Positions 1 to 7,711 of a stretch of DNA of 64,000 nt are shown here, piece by piece. Under the pieces are notes generated by a model. The model was not told the origin of the DNA. It was given only the letters and a program-made list of their open reading frames with translations, and did no database searches. Both the position numbers and the translations under genes were made by a program. Numbering within the stretch: the stretch's first letter is position 1; the number at the start of each line of letters is the position of its first letter. Origin of the DNA: Clostridiaceae bacterium (GTDB taxonomy: Bacteria; Bacillota; Clostridia; DSM-8532); assembly GCA_012518025.1 (NCBI GenBank), contig JAAYTP010000008.1, positions 9,303 to 73,302 of the forward strand, in the 5' to 3' direction.

Positions 1-313
1 ATACGGTGACAGGATTGATCCTTTGAGTATTCACAATGAGCCTGCCGTTTTCAGAAAGACGCTTTATGTTCCTTACTGTTTCGCAAAGCTCAAAACCTAT
101 CATCAGATCGGCCTGACCGAAGGGAATGGTGGCCGATTTGCTTTCTCCGCCTATTCGGACATGACTGACCACCGAGCCGCCCCGCTGAGACATCCCAATG
201 GTTTCCCCAGTCCTCACGGTATAGCCCTCAAGTATGGCTGCCGCACCTATGAGCCGGGATGCCAGAATCTGACCCTGCCCGCCAACACCTGCAATAAGAA
301 TATCAGCCTTCAT
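1..313 (-). CDS. iorB: indolepyruvate:ferredoxin oxidoreductase subunit beta (IorB), N-terminal part, runs off the window start
   Basis: Absent from the ORF track because there is no stop in the window. The reverse-strand ATG at 313 overlaps the iorA stop (ATGAAGGCTGA). My translation is MKADILIAGVGGQGQILASRLIGAAAILEGYTVRTGETIGMSQRGGSVVSHVRIG..., with the GxGGQG motif typical of this subunit class. It sits directly downstream of iorA. Confidence 0.8.
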   Translation of the reverse strand, partial: MKADILIAGVGGQGQILASRLIGAAAILEGYTVRTGETIGMSQRGGSVVSHVRIGGESKSATIPFGQADLMIGFELCETVRNIKRLSENGRLIVNTQRINPVTV

Positions 314-2099
314 GATTCATACCTCCAATGGCTCCAAAGGGGCATATACTGCTGCATAACCCACAGGCATAACAGGTGGATGGCTCGATTTGCACCTTGC
401 CATCTTCCTTCAGGATCATGGATGGGCATCCGATCTCCCTGATACACAGACCACATGCCCTGCATATATGGGAGTCCACCCTGAGAGGCTCAGGCTTTTT
501 CACCAGTGCGATACAGGGAGCTTCAAATATAATAGCCGAAACGCCCTTCACGTTTGATGCTTCCTTCACCGCCGTGATGGCCGCTTTCTGGTCAAAGGGG
601 TTTATTTTTTGTACCCACTTAACTCCGATGGATCTCAATAGACCCTCGATATCTATTTTTTCCGATACATTGCCCATCATGGTCTTTGCTGTTCCGGGGT
701 GGGGCTGATGCCCGGTCATGGCTGTTGTGCTGTTGTCGAGAACCACAAGTACAATATCGGTCTGGTTATAGACGGCGTTGATAACACCGGGTATTCCGGT
801 ATGAAAAAATGTGGAATCCCCAATAAAGGCAAACAGCCTGGTATCCGGTTCGACCCGCTTGATTCCCTGTGCCACACTGACCGAAGCGCCCATGCACAGG
901 CAGGTATCCACCATGTTAAGAGGCTTCGCATTGCCAAGGGTATAGCAGCCGATGTCACCTGTAAAAACAGCTTTTTGTCCCTTCATGGCCTTTTTGACCG
1001 CATAGAAGGAAGCCCTGTGGGGGCATCCGGCACAAAGCACCGGAGGTCTCGATGGAAGCGGTGGAATGGCCGGTTCATTAATGTCCGCGCCCGGCAGGGC
1101 TGCAAAATCAGAAATGGCTTTATGTACAAGCTCATATGAAAACTCTCCGGCATAGGGTGTGGCGCCGTTCTTCTTTCCTGAAATACTGATTCTGAGTCCT
1201 TTACTTCCAGCTATCTCAAGAAGGGCTTCCTCTACCACCGGATCAAGTTCCTCCAATACCAGCACCCTATCAAGTCCCTCCAGAAAGCTTTCAGCAAGCT
1301 TTACCGGGAAGGGATAGGGTGTGCCCACCTTGAAGGTCTTAACATTCAAGCCCAGATCATTGATCACATCCTGAGCATAGGACCAGGCGATACCCGATCC
1401 GGCTATGCCCAGGGAGCCTTTTCCGGAAACCGTGTTGAACGGGCTTTTGCTGAAAATAAGTGAGAGAGCCACTTGGATCTTTTCTATCTCAATATGTCTT
1501 CTATAGGAAAGCTGGGGAAAGATAACCCAGCGGGAGTCCTTTTCAAATCCTGAAGGTATGTGTTCTTCACGGCTGTCGGAAATATCTATGGAAGAGCAGG
1601 CATGGCATATTCTGGTGGTTGGGCGCAAAAAAACAGGAAGACCAACCTGTTCCGAAAGCTCAAAAGCTGCCTGAACCATCTCATAGGCCTCTTCTGGGGT
1701 TGAGGGATCCAGGACGGGCAGGTTGGAGAATTTTGCAAAGTGCCGGGTATCCTGTTCTGTTTGGGAGGACAGAGGTCCCGGGTCATCGGCCACAACGATT
1801 ACCATCCCGCCTTTTACACCTATATAGGCAAGGCTCATGAGAGGGTCGGAGGCAACATTCAGACCCACCTGCTTCATGGTTACCATGGTCCGGGCGCCTG
1901 AATATGCAGCTCCAGCAGCGACTTCCATGGCGGTCTTTTCATTGACCGACCATTCCACATAGATGGAGCCGTCATTGTTCTTAGCTACGGTCTCGAGAAT
2001 CTCGGTTGAGGGTGTTCCCGGATATCCGGATACAACACGAACCCCCGATTTTATTGCACCAAGGGCAATAGCTTCGTTGCCCATCAGTAATTTAATCAA
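303..2099 (-). CDS. iorA: indolepyruvate:ferredoxin oxidoreductase subunit alpha (IorA), TPP-binding, with two C-terminal 4Fe-4S motifs
   Basis: 598-aa ORF. The N-terminus is M..LL.GNEAIALGA. It has a TPP-binding GDIGCYT/GDSTFFH region and C-terminal CRACGLCIREIGCP and CYACGLCSSICP ferredoxin motifs. The start is TTG at 2099 behind GGGTGG. Confidence 0.9.
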   Translation of the reverse strand: MIKLLMGNEAIALGAIKSGVRVVSGYPGTPSTEILETVAKNNDGSIYVEWSVNEKTAMEVAAGAAYSGARTMVTMKQVGLNVASDPLMSLAYIGVKGGMVIVVADDPGPLSSQTEQDTRHFAKFSNLPVLDPSTPEEAYEMVQAAFELSEQVGLPVFLRPTTRICHACSSIDISDSREEHIPSGFEKDSRWVIFPQLSYRRHIEIEKIQVALSLIFSKSPFNTVSGKGSLGIAGSGIAWSYAQDVINDLGLNVKTFKVGTPYPFPVKLAESFLEGLDRVLVLEELDPVVEEALLEIAGSKGLRISISGKKNGATPYAGEFSYELVHKAISDFAALPGADINEPAIPPLPSRPPVLCAGCPHRASFYAVKKAMKGQKAVFTGDIGCYTLGNAKPLNMVDTCLCMGASVSVAQGIKRVEPDTRLFAFIGDSTFFHTGIPGVINAVYNQTDIVLVVLDNSTTAMTGHQPHPGTAKTMMGNVSEKIDIEGLLRSIGVKWVQKINPFDQKAAITAVKEASNVKGVSAIIFEAPCIALVKKPEPLRVDSHICRACGLCIREIGCPSMILKEDGKVQIEPSTCYACGLCSSICPFGAIGGMNHEG

Positions 2100-2205
2100 A
2101 AATAACCACCCGGCTTTCCATTAACCTGCAGCCTTTGGCAAAAGGTTTCTCTGTTGTTTTTTGCCCTGATTTATGGCAGTTTCTCATGCCGGTTCCAACA
2201 GAGAA

Positions 2206-2967
2206 TCAGCCAATAGCAATGCTTAACAGCAAAACAGCCACGACTATGATTATAGCCAATAAGTCGAATAATGTAAATCCAAGCTTTTTCCTGCAAGAGC
2301 GGGGTCCGGTGCAAAATCCCCTTGTCTCCAGGGATATGGCCATGGTTTCAACCCTCCTGACTGACGAGATTAACAGAGGGATGCACATGGGAAGGATAAC
2401 CCTGACCTTTTTAAAAGGGTTTCTGGTATCGGTTTCATGCCCCCGGGATCTCTGTGCCTGCATTATCTGATCCATCTCCTGGGAGAAGGTAGGTATAAAG
2501 CGCAGTGCCGTAACCACCACAAAGGCGTATCGATAGGGAACTCTCAGGTTGTGCGTCATGGCAGTCAATAACTCGTTCATTGGGGTCAACATCAGCATTA
2601 ATGATAAGGGGGACAGAGCTGCCATCATCTTGAGCATTAAAAGCAATGAAAAGCTTAAGCCTAAATCGGTAACAGGTACACCGGGCAGTATGTAGAAATA
2701 AACACGCCCATGGGGGGTGAATAAAAGCTGAAACAGCATCAGGAACAGACCCAGAACCAACAGGGCTTTGAATACACCCATGGCTCTGCCCAGCACCCCG
2801 CTTATGCCAGCTATTACAATAGTCATTAACAGTACACCCAGAAGGAATAGATGGCTGCTGCTTATGAAGCATGCCACACAGGTCACAAACGCCCATATAA
2901 GCTTTATTAATGGGTTTAGCCGGTGAAATATTGAGTTGCCATGAACATACTCCAGCATTTGTTTCAT
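2206..2967 (-). CDS. ecfT: ECF transporter transmembrane (T) component, EcfT/CbiQ family
   Basis: 253-aa polytopic membrane ORF. It overlaps the stop of the upstream ATPase gene by 4 nt. It carries the conserved ARG-type coupling helices (ALRFIP...RSRG). Confidence 0.85.
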   Translation of the reverse strand: MKQMLEYVHGNSIFHRLNPLIKLIWAFVTCVACFISSSHLFLLGVLLMTIVIAGISGVLGRAMGVFKALLVLGLFLMLFQLLFTPHGRVYFYILPGVPVTDLGLSFSLLLMLKMMAALSPLSLMLMLTPMNELLTAMTHNLRVPYRYAFVVVTALRFIPTFSQEMDQIMQAQRSRGHETDTRNPFKKVRVILPMCIPLLISSVRRVETMAISLETRGFCTGPRSCRKKLGFTLFDLLAIIIVVAVLLLSIAIG

Positions 2968-3791
2968 ACCCTCACACCCCCAGACACGGTGCAGGAAATA
3001 ATGGTTTTAGCCATCTCCTCAGGGGAATTCACTTTGTGGAATGATGACCCAAGGCGCAGGGCAAGCTGGATGATCTGAGGCGGTTCCAGACCAGACATCC
3101 CAAGACTTTGGCTTTTACGCAGGACGATACTGGTCTCATCATCCTCCAGCACACGGCCATTATTAAGAATGATGGTTCTTTTGCAGTAATCCCCCACGAC
3201 CTCCATATCGTGAGACACCATGATAATTGTCTTGCCTTGCTCGTTCAGACTCTTAACAATCTCCATGATCTCCATGCATTCCTTATAATCCTGTCCGGTG
3301 GTAGGCTCATCCAGGACCAGGATATCTGTTTCAAGCGCCAATACCGATGCAAGGGCTACCCTTTGCCGCTCACCCCTGCTCAATGTGAAGGGGTTTCTGG
3401 CCAGTATATGGTCAAGGCCAAGAAGTCCGGAAATCTTCCTTATTCTTTCATCAATCAGCTCAGGCTGGCATTTGATATTGACCAGCCCAAACCTTATCTC
3501 ATCGTAAACCGTGTTACAAAAGATCTGATGATCCGGGTTCTGGAACAAATAACCGATATGGCGGGCAAGCTCACTGGTTCTGGTGGTCGCCGTATCCAGT
3601 CCGTTGATGGTGACGCTGCCGGAAGATGGCCTTAAAAGTCCGTTCAACTGTTTCAATAAGGTAGTCTTACCCGCACCGTTCTGCCCGATCAGAGCCACAA
3701 ACTCACCATGTCCAATCTCAAGATTTATATGATCCAGAATCAGGGGGGCTTTTTTATTGTAGCGATAGGTCAGATTCCGAATACTGATCAT
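2964..3791 (-). CDS. ecfA2: ECF transporter ATPase component A2
   Basis: Walker A GQNGAGKTT, ABC signature LSRGERQRV and Walker B ILVLDEPT. It lies between ecfA1 and ecfT. Confidence 0.85.
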   Translation of the reverse strand: MISIRNLTYRYNKKAPLILDHINLEIGHGEFVALIGQNGAGKTTLLKQLNGLLRPSSGSVTINGLDTATTRTSELARHIGYLFQNPDHQIFCNTVYDEIRFGLVNIKCQPELIDERIRKISGLLGLDHILARNPFTLSRGERQRVALASVLALETDILVLDEPTTGQDYKECMEIMEIVKSLNEQGKTIIMVSHDMEVVGDYCKRTIILNNGRVLEDDETSIVLRKSQSLGMSGLEPPQIIQLALRLGSSFHKVNSPEEMAKTIISCTVSGGVRV

Positions 3792-4635
3792 AAGCTCCCT
3801 CCATTATTCTTCTTATAACCGACTCAGCCTCATTTACATCCACAGGGAATTCGCCAAAATAGAGCGAGGCATTCTTAAGGAGCTTTGTCAGAGTAACAAC
3901 TCTGGGACAATTGATGCCAAGCTCCAAAAGCTTGTCGTGATGCTCCAGCACCTGCCTCACAGGTCCGTCCATAATGATCCGTCCCCTTTCCATAACCATG
4001 AGCCGGCTGCAGAACTCGGAGAGCAGCATAACCTTTTGCTCTACAATGAGTATGGTCATGCCATATTCCTGATTCAAGCGTTTAAGGGTCTTGAAGACCT
4101 GTCGGCTTCCCTGGGGATCCAGTTCAGAGGTTGGTTCATCGAGAACCAGTATTTTTGGCCTTAAGGCAATGGCGGCGGCAATGGTCACCCGTTGCTTTTG
4201 CCCTCCGGAAAGGGCAGCGGTGCTTTCGTGCCTTAAATGTTCAATTCCAGCCATCTTAAGGGCATCTGTCATCCGGTTTTCGATCTCATCTGCAGGGAGG
4301 TTGAAGTTTTCAAGACCAAAGGCAATCTCATCCTCAACAACCGTTGAAACCATCTGGGACTCCGGATCCTGAAACACGCTTCCCACATGATGGGATATCT
4401 CTCCGCATGAGCTTTCCACTGTATCCTTGCCGCAGACAAGAACCTCACCATAAAAATCACCCTTGAGGTGGTGCGGGATCACGCCGTTAATCAGGTTGAC
4501 AAGGGTGGACTTGCCAGCTCCCGAGGGACCGATGATTCCAACAAATTCACCCCTGTCAATATGTGCATGAATGTTTGAAACTGCCAGTTCTTCGCAGTTA
4601 TCGTACGAAAAAGAGACATTATTGAACCTGATCAT
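3754..4635 (-). CDS. ecfA1: ECF transporter ATPase component A1
   Basis: Walker A GPSGAGKST, signature LSGGQKQRV and Walker B ILVLDEPT. I moved the start to ATG 4635 (MIRFNNVSFSY), which overlaps the end of the S-component gene. The track ORF extends to 4686, probably spuriously. Confidence 0.85.
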   Translation of the reverse strand: MIRFNNVSFSYDNCEELAVSNIHAHIDRGEFVGIIGPSGAGKSTLVNLINGVIPHHLKGDFYGEVLVCGKDTVESSCGEISHHVGSVFQDPESQMVSTVVEDEIAFGLENFNLPADEIENRMTDALKMAGIEHLRHESTAALSGGQKQRVTIAAAIALRPKILVLDEPTSELDPQGSRQVFKTLKRLNQEYGMTILIVEQKVMLLSEFCSRLMVMERGRIIMDGPVRQVLEHHDKLLELGINCPRVVTLTKLLKNASLYFGEFPVDVNEAESVIRRIMEGAYDQYSESDLSLQ

Positions 4636-5209
4636 TGGTAACCTTCCTTCCAAGAGCCAGCTTGATTGGTACATACAATACCTCAACTATGATGGAATTG
4701 ATGGCTGCGGTTCCCAGAATAATGCCCAGAAAGACTGCCACAGGCATGGTGGAAACTTCTGCTCCGGCGTAGAAAAGGAGATAGAGTACGCCCAGGAAGG
4801 AAAAACCGCTACTCAAAGTTGCAATAAAGGTGGCGAAGACAGGCTTTAACGGTATCTTGCCTATATAAAGTTTTAGGGGTATGAGCATGAGCAGATACAT
4901 TACAACTGCTCCTATGGGCTCACTGATAAGGTTCAGATAGGGTGTCCCGGGGAAGAACTGGGATACAATGCCTGCCAGGATTCCTATGATAAGGGCTTCA
5001 GACAGGCGGGGTCTGATCAGCAGGATGGCAAGGCAATACATTGCGATGATGAAATTGGGTTTCATGCCCGCTGTGAAAAAGGCTCCAACAAACAGTTTAA
5101 GGACTGCGCCCGCTGCCAGCAACACACCCACCAGGAGGATATCGGTTACCGACATGCCTTTTCTGGATTTGCTCCGAACAGTTCTTTTTTGCATGGTTTC
5201 TTGTGACAT
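4619..5209 (-). CDS. trpP: ECF substrate-binding (S) component resembling the tryptophan transporter TrpP
   Basis: 196-aa membrane protein and first gene of an S-A-A'-T module. Segments GMKPNFIIAMYCLAILL, LIIGILAGIVSQFFPGTPYLNLISEP and NSIIVEVLYVPIK resemble Bacillus TrpP/YhaG as I recall it. RBS GAGGAGG lies 7 nt before ATG 5209. A TRAP-type leader lies upstream. Confidence 0.6.
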   Translation of the reverse strand: MSQETMQKRTVRSKSRKGMSVTDILLVGVLLAAGAVLKLFVGAFFTAGMKPNFIIAMYCLAILLIRPRLSEALIIGILAGIVSQFFPGTPYLNLISEPIGAVVMYLLMLIPLKLYIGKIPLKPVFATFIATLSSGFSFLGVLYLLFYAGAEVSTMPVAVFLGIILGTAAINSIIVEVLYVPIKLALGRKVTNDQVQ

Positions 5210-5270
5210 AAGAAAACCTCCTCGAAAAATGATATCCCGCAGAGGTGTGATGATAAAGAATAATAGTACA

Positions 5271-5298
5271 AATAAAAAAGGTCAGGAGACACCTGACC
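5271..5298 (-). terminator. intrinsic terminator inside the trpP leader (attenuator)
   Basis: On the minus strand: GGTCAGG-TGTCT-CCTGACC followed by TTTTTTATTT. It lies between the promoter and the trpP start codon, so it is an attenuator rather than an operon end. Confidence 0.6.
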
Positions 5299-5328
5299 TC
5301 AGAATGCAACACAAAATAAGCCATTAGC

Positions 5329-5375
5329 CTCTTCTCATCTCTTCTCGATATTCTATTCCAGTCTCATCTCATCTC
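5329..5375 (-). promoter_or_regulatory. TRAP-type (G/U)AG triplet array in the leader RNA
   Basis: Minus-strand RNA reads GAG-au-GAG-au-GAG-ac-UGG-aa-UAG-aa-UAU-c-GAG-aa-GAG-au-GAG-aa-GAG. That is ten triplets, eight of them canonical (G/U)AG, mostly separated by 2 nt. Confidence 0.55.
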
Positions 5376-5386
5376 TGCTTTCCAAT

Positions 5387-5416
5387 AATATACCCCGAAT
5401 GAGCCTTCTCTGTCAA
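5387..5416 (-). promoter_or_regulatory. sigma-A-type promoter for the trpP leader
   Basis: Minus strand: TTGACA (5416..5411), an 18-nt spacer, then TATATT (5392..5387). The triplet array begins about 12 nt downstream of the -10. Confidence 0.45.
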
Positions 5417-5640
5417 GGAATACCGGGTTTTTTGCATGGGCTTAATTTGATTTTCATATCATGCAAAAGCTCATCACGGATTTGTTATAATATAAAGTGA
5501 TTGCTGTGAATTGGTTTGATGAGCGATAACATGTATAATAACTGATACTGATAGTTTTCAGCGGCTATACTGATATGCAAAGCTGTCAGGTATTTGCCCT
5601 TATGAAAACTGTTTGACTTGGCAACACGGAGGAAACAACC

Positions 5641-6075
5641 GTGAAAAAGATAGTTTTAATCATATTATCAATGGTTTTTGCCGCTGGTTTGAGCATGAAT
5701 GCCGGGGCGAGTACGGAGTGCCTTGTGGATTCGGTATCCCGTGAAACAGCGATTCTGGAGTTTGATCCGGGCTGCCAGACCATAGCGGCTGTGTCGCAGC
5801 AGGCCGGCTCGGGCAGTGATCCTAATGAGGAGCCCCCGCCCGGTATTCCAAAAAGCTTTGAGGAAAATGAGGGTTCAAGGACTTCAAAAACCGGTAAGAT
5901 AATCATGACCCTTCTGCTCACAACCCTGGTTATAATAGGTCTTTCCATCATGCCCATGCTCATGATCAGCCGGGCGGCAAAGACACGAAGGGAACAGCTT
6001 AAGAAGGACAGGGAAAAAGAACTCGACCCTGTGCCGGAGGATGGAACTGCAGAACCGGGGGATGAATCCGAATAA
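5641..6075 (+). CDS. small hypothetical exported, membrane-anchored protein
   Basis: GTG start behind GGAGGAAA. It has an N-terminal signal-like helix MKKIVLIILSMVFAAGLSMNAGAS, an acidic and Pro-rich middle, a C-terminal TM helix IIMTLLLTTLVIIGLSIMPMLMI, and a charged tail. Confidence 0.5.
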   Translation: MKKIVLIILSMVFAAGLSMNAGASTECLVDSVSRETAILEFDPGCQTIAAVSQQAGSGSDPNEEPPPGIPKSFEENEGSRTSKTGKIIMTLLLTTLVIIGLSIMPMLMISRAAKTRREQLKKDREKELDPVPEDGTAEPGDESE

Positions 6076-6090
6076 GCCGATCTTTCCGAG

Positions 6091-6130
6091 AAATAAAGAA
6101 CAGCCGTCAGCGTTTGCCGACGGCTGTTAT
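6091..6130. terminator. bidirectional terminator hairpin between convergent genes
   Basis: AACAGCCGTC (6099-6108) pairs with GACGGCTGTT (6119-6128). The flank downstream of the minus-strand permease is T-rich (TTCTTTATTT). Confidence 0.6.
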
Positions 6131-6155
6131 TGTCCCTTAAAAAACCTTTCTGATG

Positions 6156-7544
6156 CTATTCGGCATCATTGGTCAGCTTAAGCTTTTCAAACACATAGAA
6201 TATAAGGCTCATTATAATTCCTGTGACAGCTGCCAGAGCCATGCCCTTAAGATCCACTTCGCCAAGCTTAATGGACATTCCGCTGAGGCCAACAATAAAT
6301 ATGACTGCCGTAAGAATCAGGTTTTTAGACTTGCTGTAATCCACCTTAGCTTCAACTATCATCCTTATACCAGATGCCGCGATAACACCAAAGAGCAGGA
6401 TGCTGATACCGCCCATTACGGCGCCTGGGATGCTGTTGATGATTCCGGTCAGTTTTCCTATGAAGGCCATAAGGATGGAGATCACACCTGCACCGCCTAT
6501 AACCCATACGCTGTAAACCTTGGTGATGGCCATAACTCCCATGTTCTCACCATAGGTGGTGGTGGGGCAGGATCCCGCCAGGCCTGATATGGCGGTGGAA
6601 AGACCATCACCCAGCATGGAACGTGTCAACCCGGGATCCTTGATCAGGTCTCTGTCTACAATCTTACTGGTTACGATGATATGGCCGATATGTTCGGAGA
6701 TGACCACCAGTGTGGCCGGCAGGATGATGAGTATGGCATTTATATCAAAGGTGGGGGCCGTAAATTCCGGAAGTCTTGCCCATGGTTCGGCTGCTACTGT
6801 ATCGAAATTAATGATTCCAGGATTATTGATGTTCAGGATGGCAGCCAGGGCATAGCCTGCAACCACTGCTACCAATACAGGTATGGTTGCGAGGAATTTT
6901 TTAAACAGCAATGTCCCCAATATGACAACCACTAATGTAAACAGGGCGATGACCACATTGGGCCAGTAGAACTGTCCGCTGCCGTCGGGAAGCAGCCCGG
7001 CGTTTCCTGCTGCAGTGCCTGCCAGTTCGAGTCCGATGAGAGCCACGATGGGTCCCATAGCCGCAGGCGGCAATACGATATCAATCCATTTGGTGCCCAC
7101 TATCTTAATCAGTATAGCTACCAGACAAAAAATAACACCGGAAACGATAAAACCGCCCAGTGCTTTCGAGAAATTTGCCTGGTATTGAGTAGAGCTGGTG
7201 ATTATGGCGAAGGTGGGTGCGAGATATGCGAAGCTTGAACCAAGAAAGGCGGGAGATTTTCCCTTACAGAGGAAAATGTAAAGTAATGTGCCAAAACCAT
7301 TCATCAAGAGAACCAGAGCCGGGTCGATGATGGTGATGGCATTGACCTGTTCCAGTTGTGCCGGTGTCAGCCTGTCCATTGTGGTCTGAAGCACATTGGC
7401 AACATAATGGGTTCGCGCCGCGTTGTTGAAAAGAAAGGGTACCAGCACTGATGCGCCAAACATGGCGAATAAATGCTGCAGGCTCAAGGGCAGTCCCAGG
7501 AGAAAGGGCACCCGTTCTTCCACATGGTAGATCTTTCGTTGCAT
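6156..7544 (-). CDS. nucleobase:cation symporter, NCS2 family (uracil/xanthine permease)
   Basis: Polytopic ORF with LSLQHLFAMFGASVLVP and EHIGHIIVT.. motifs typical of uracil/xanthine permeases. I set the start at ATG 7544 (MQRKIYHVEE) behind AAGGGGGA. The track ORF extends to 7595. Confidence 0.85.
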   Translation of the reverse strand: MQRKIYHVEERVPFLLGLPLSLQHLFAMFGASVLVPFLFNNAARTHYVANVLQTTMDRLTPAQLEQVNAITIIDPALVLLMNGFGTLLYIFLCKGKSPAFLGSSFAYLAPTFAIITSSTQYQANFSKALGGFIVSGVIFCLVAILIKIVGTKWIDIVLPPAAMGPIVALIGLELAGTAAGNAGLLPDGSGQFYWPNVVIALFTLVVVILGTLLFKKFLATIPVLVAVVAGYALAAILNINNPGIINFDTVAAEPWARLPEFTAPTFDINAILIILPATLVVISEHIGHIIVTSKIVDRDLIKDPGLTRSMLGDGLSTAISGLAGSCPTTTYGENMGVMAITKVYSVWVIGGAGVISILMAFIGKLTGIINSIPGAVMGGISILLFGVIAASGIRMIVEAKVDYSKSKNLILTAVIFIVGLSGMSIKLGEVDLKGMALAAVTGIIMSLIFYVFEKLKLTNDAE

Positions 7545-7711
7545 ACAAGTGTTCCCCCTTATTAAATTAAATAATATCCAGATGACCAGAGCCATCGTAG
7601 AGGCAAGAACATTCTTAAAGAAGTATATCTAAAGACTCGTGATTAGTCCATATAAAATAAGGAAATCTCAGACAAAAACCTTCATTATGTTCCCGTAGAA
7701 TCTGACAAATC

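Noticed and set aside
23-442. 139-aa plus-strand ORF at the window start
   Set aside because: It is antisense to the iorB N-terminus and the iorA C-terminus, both of which have clear family motifs.
7545-7711. Possible PyrR-binding attenuator upstream of the uracil/xanthine permease
   Set aside because: I read the minus-strand leader and found no ..UCCAGAGAGG..-type PyrR loop and no terminator/antiterminator pair. A similar-looking string (CCAGAGCC) is on the wrong strand.
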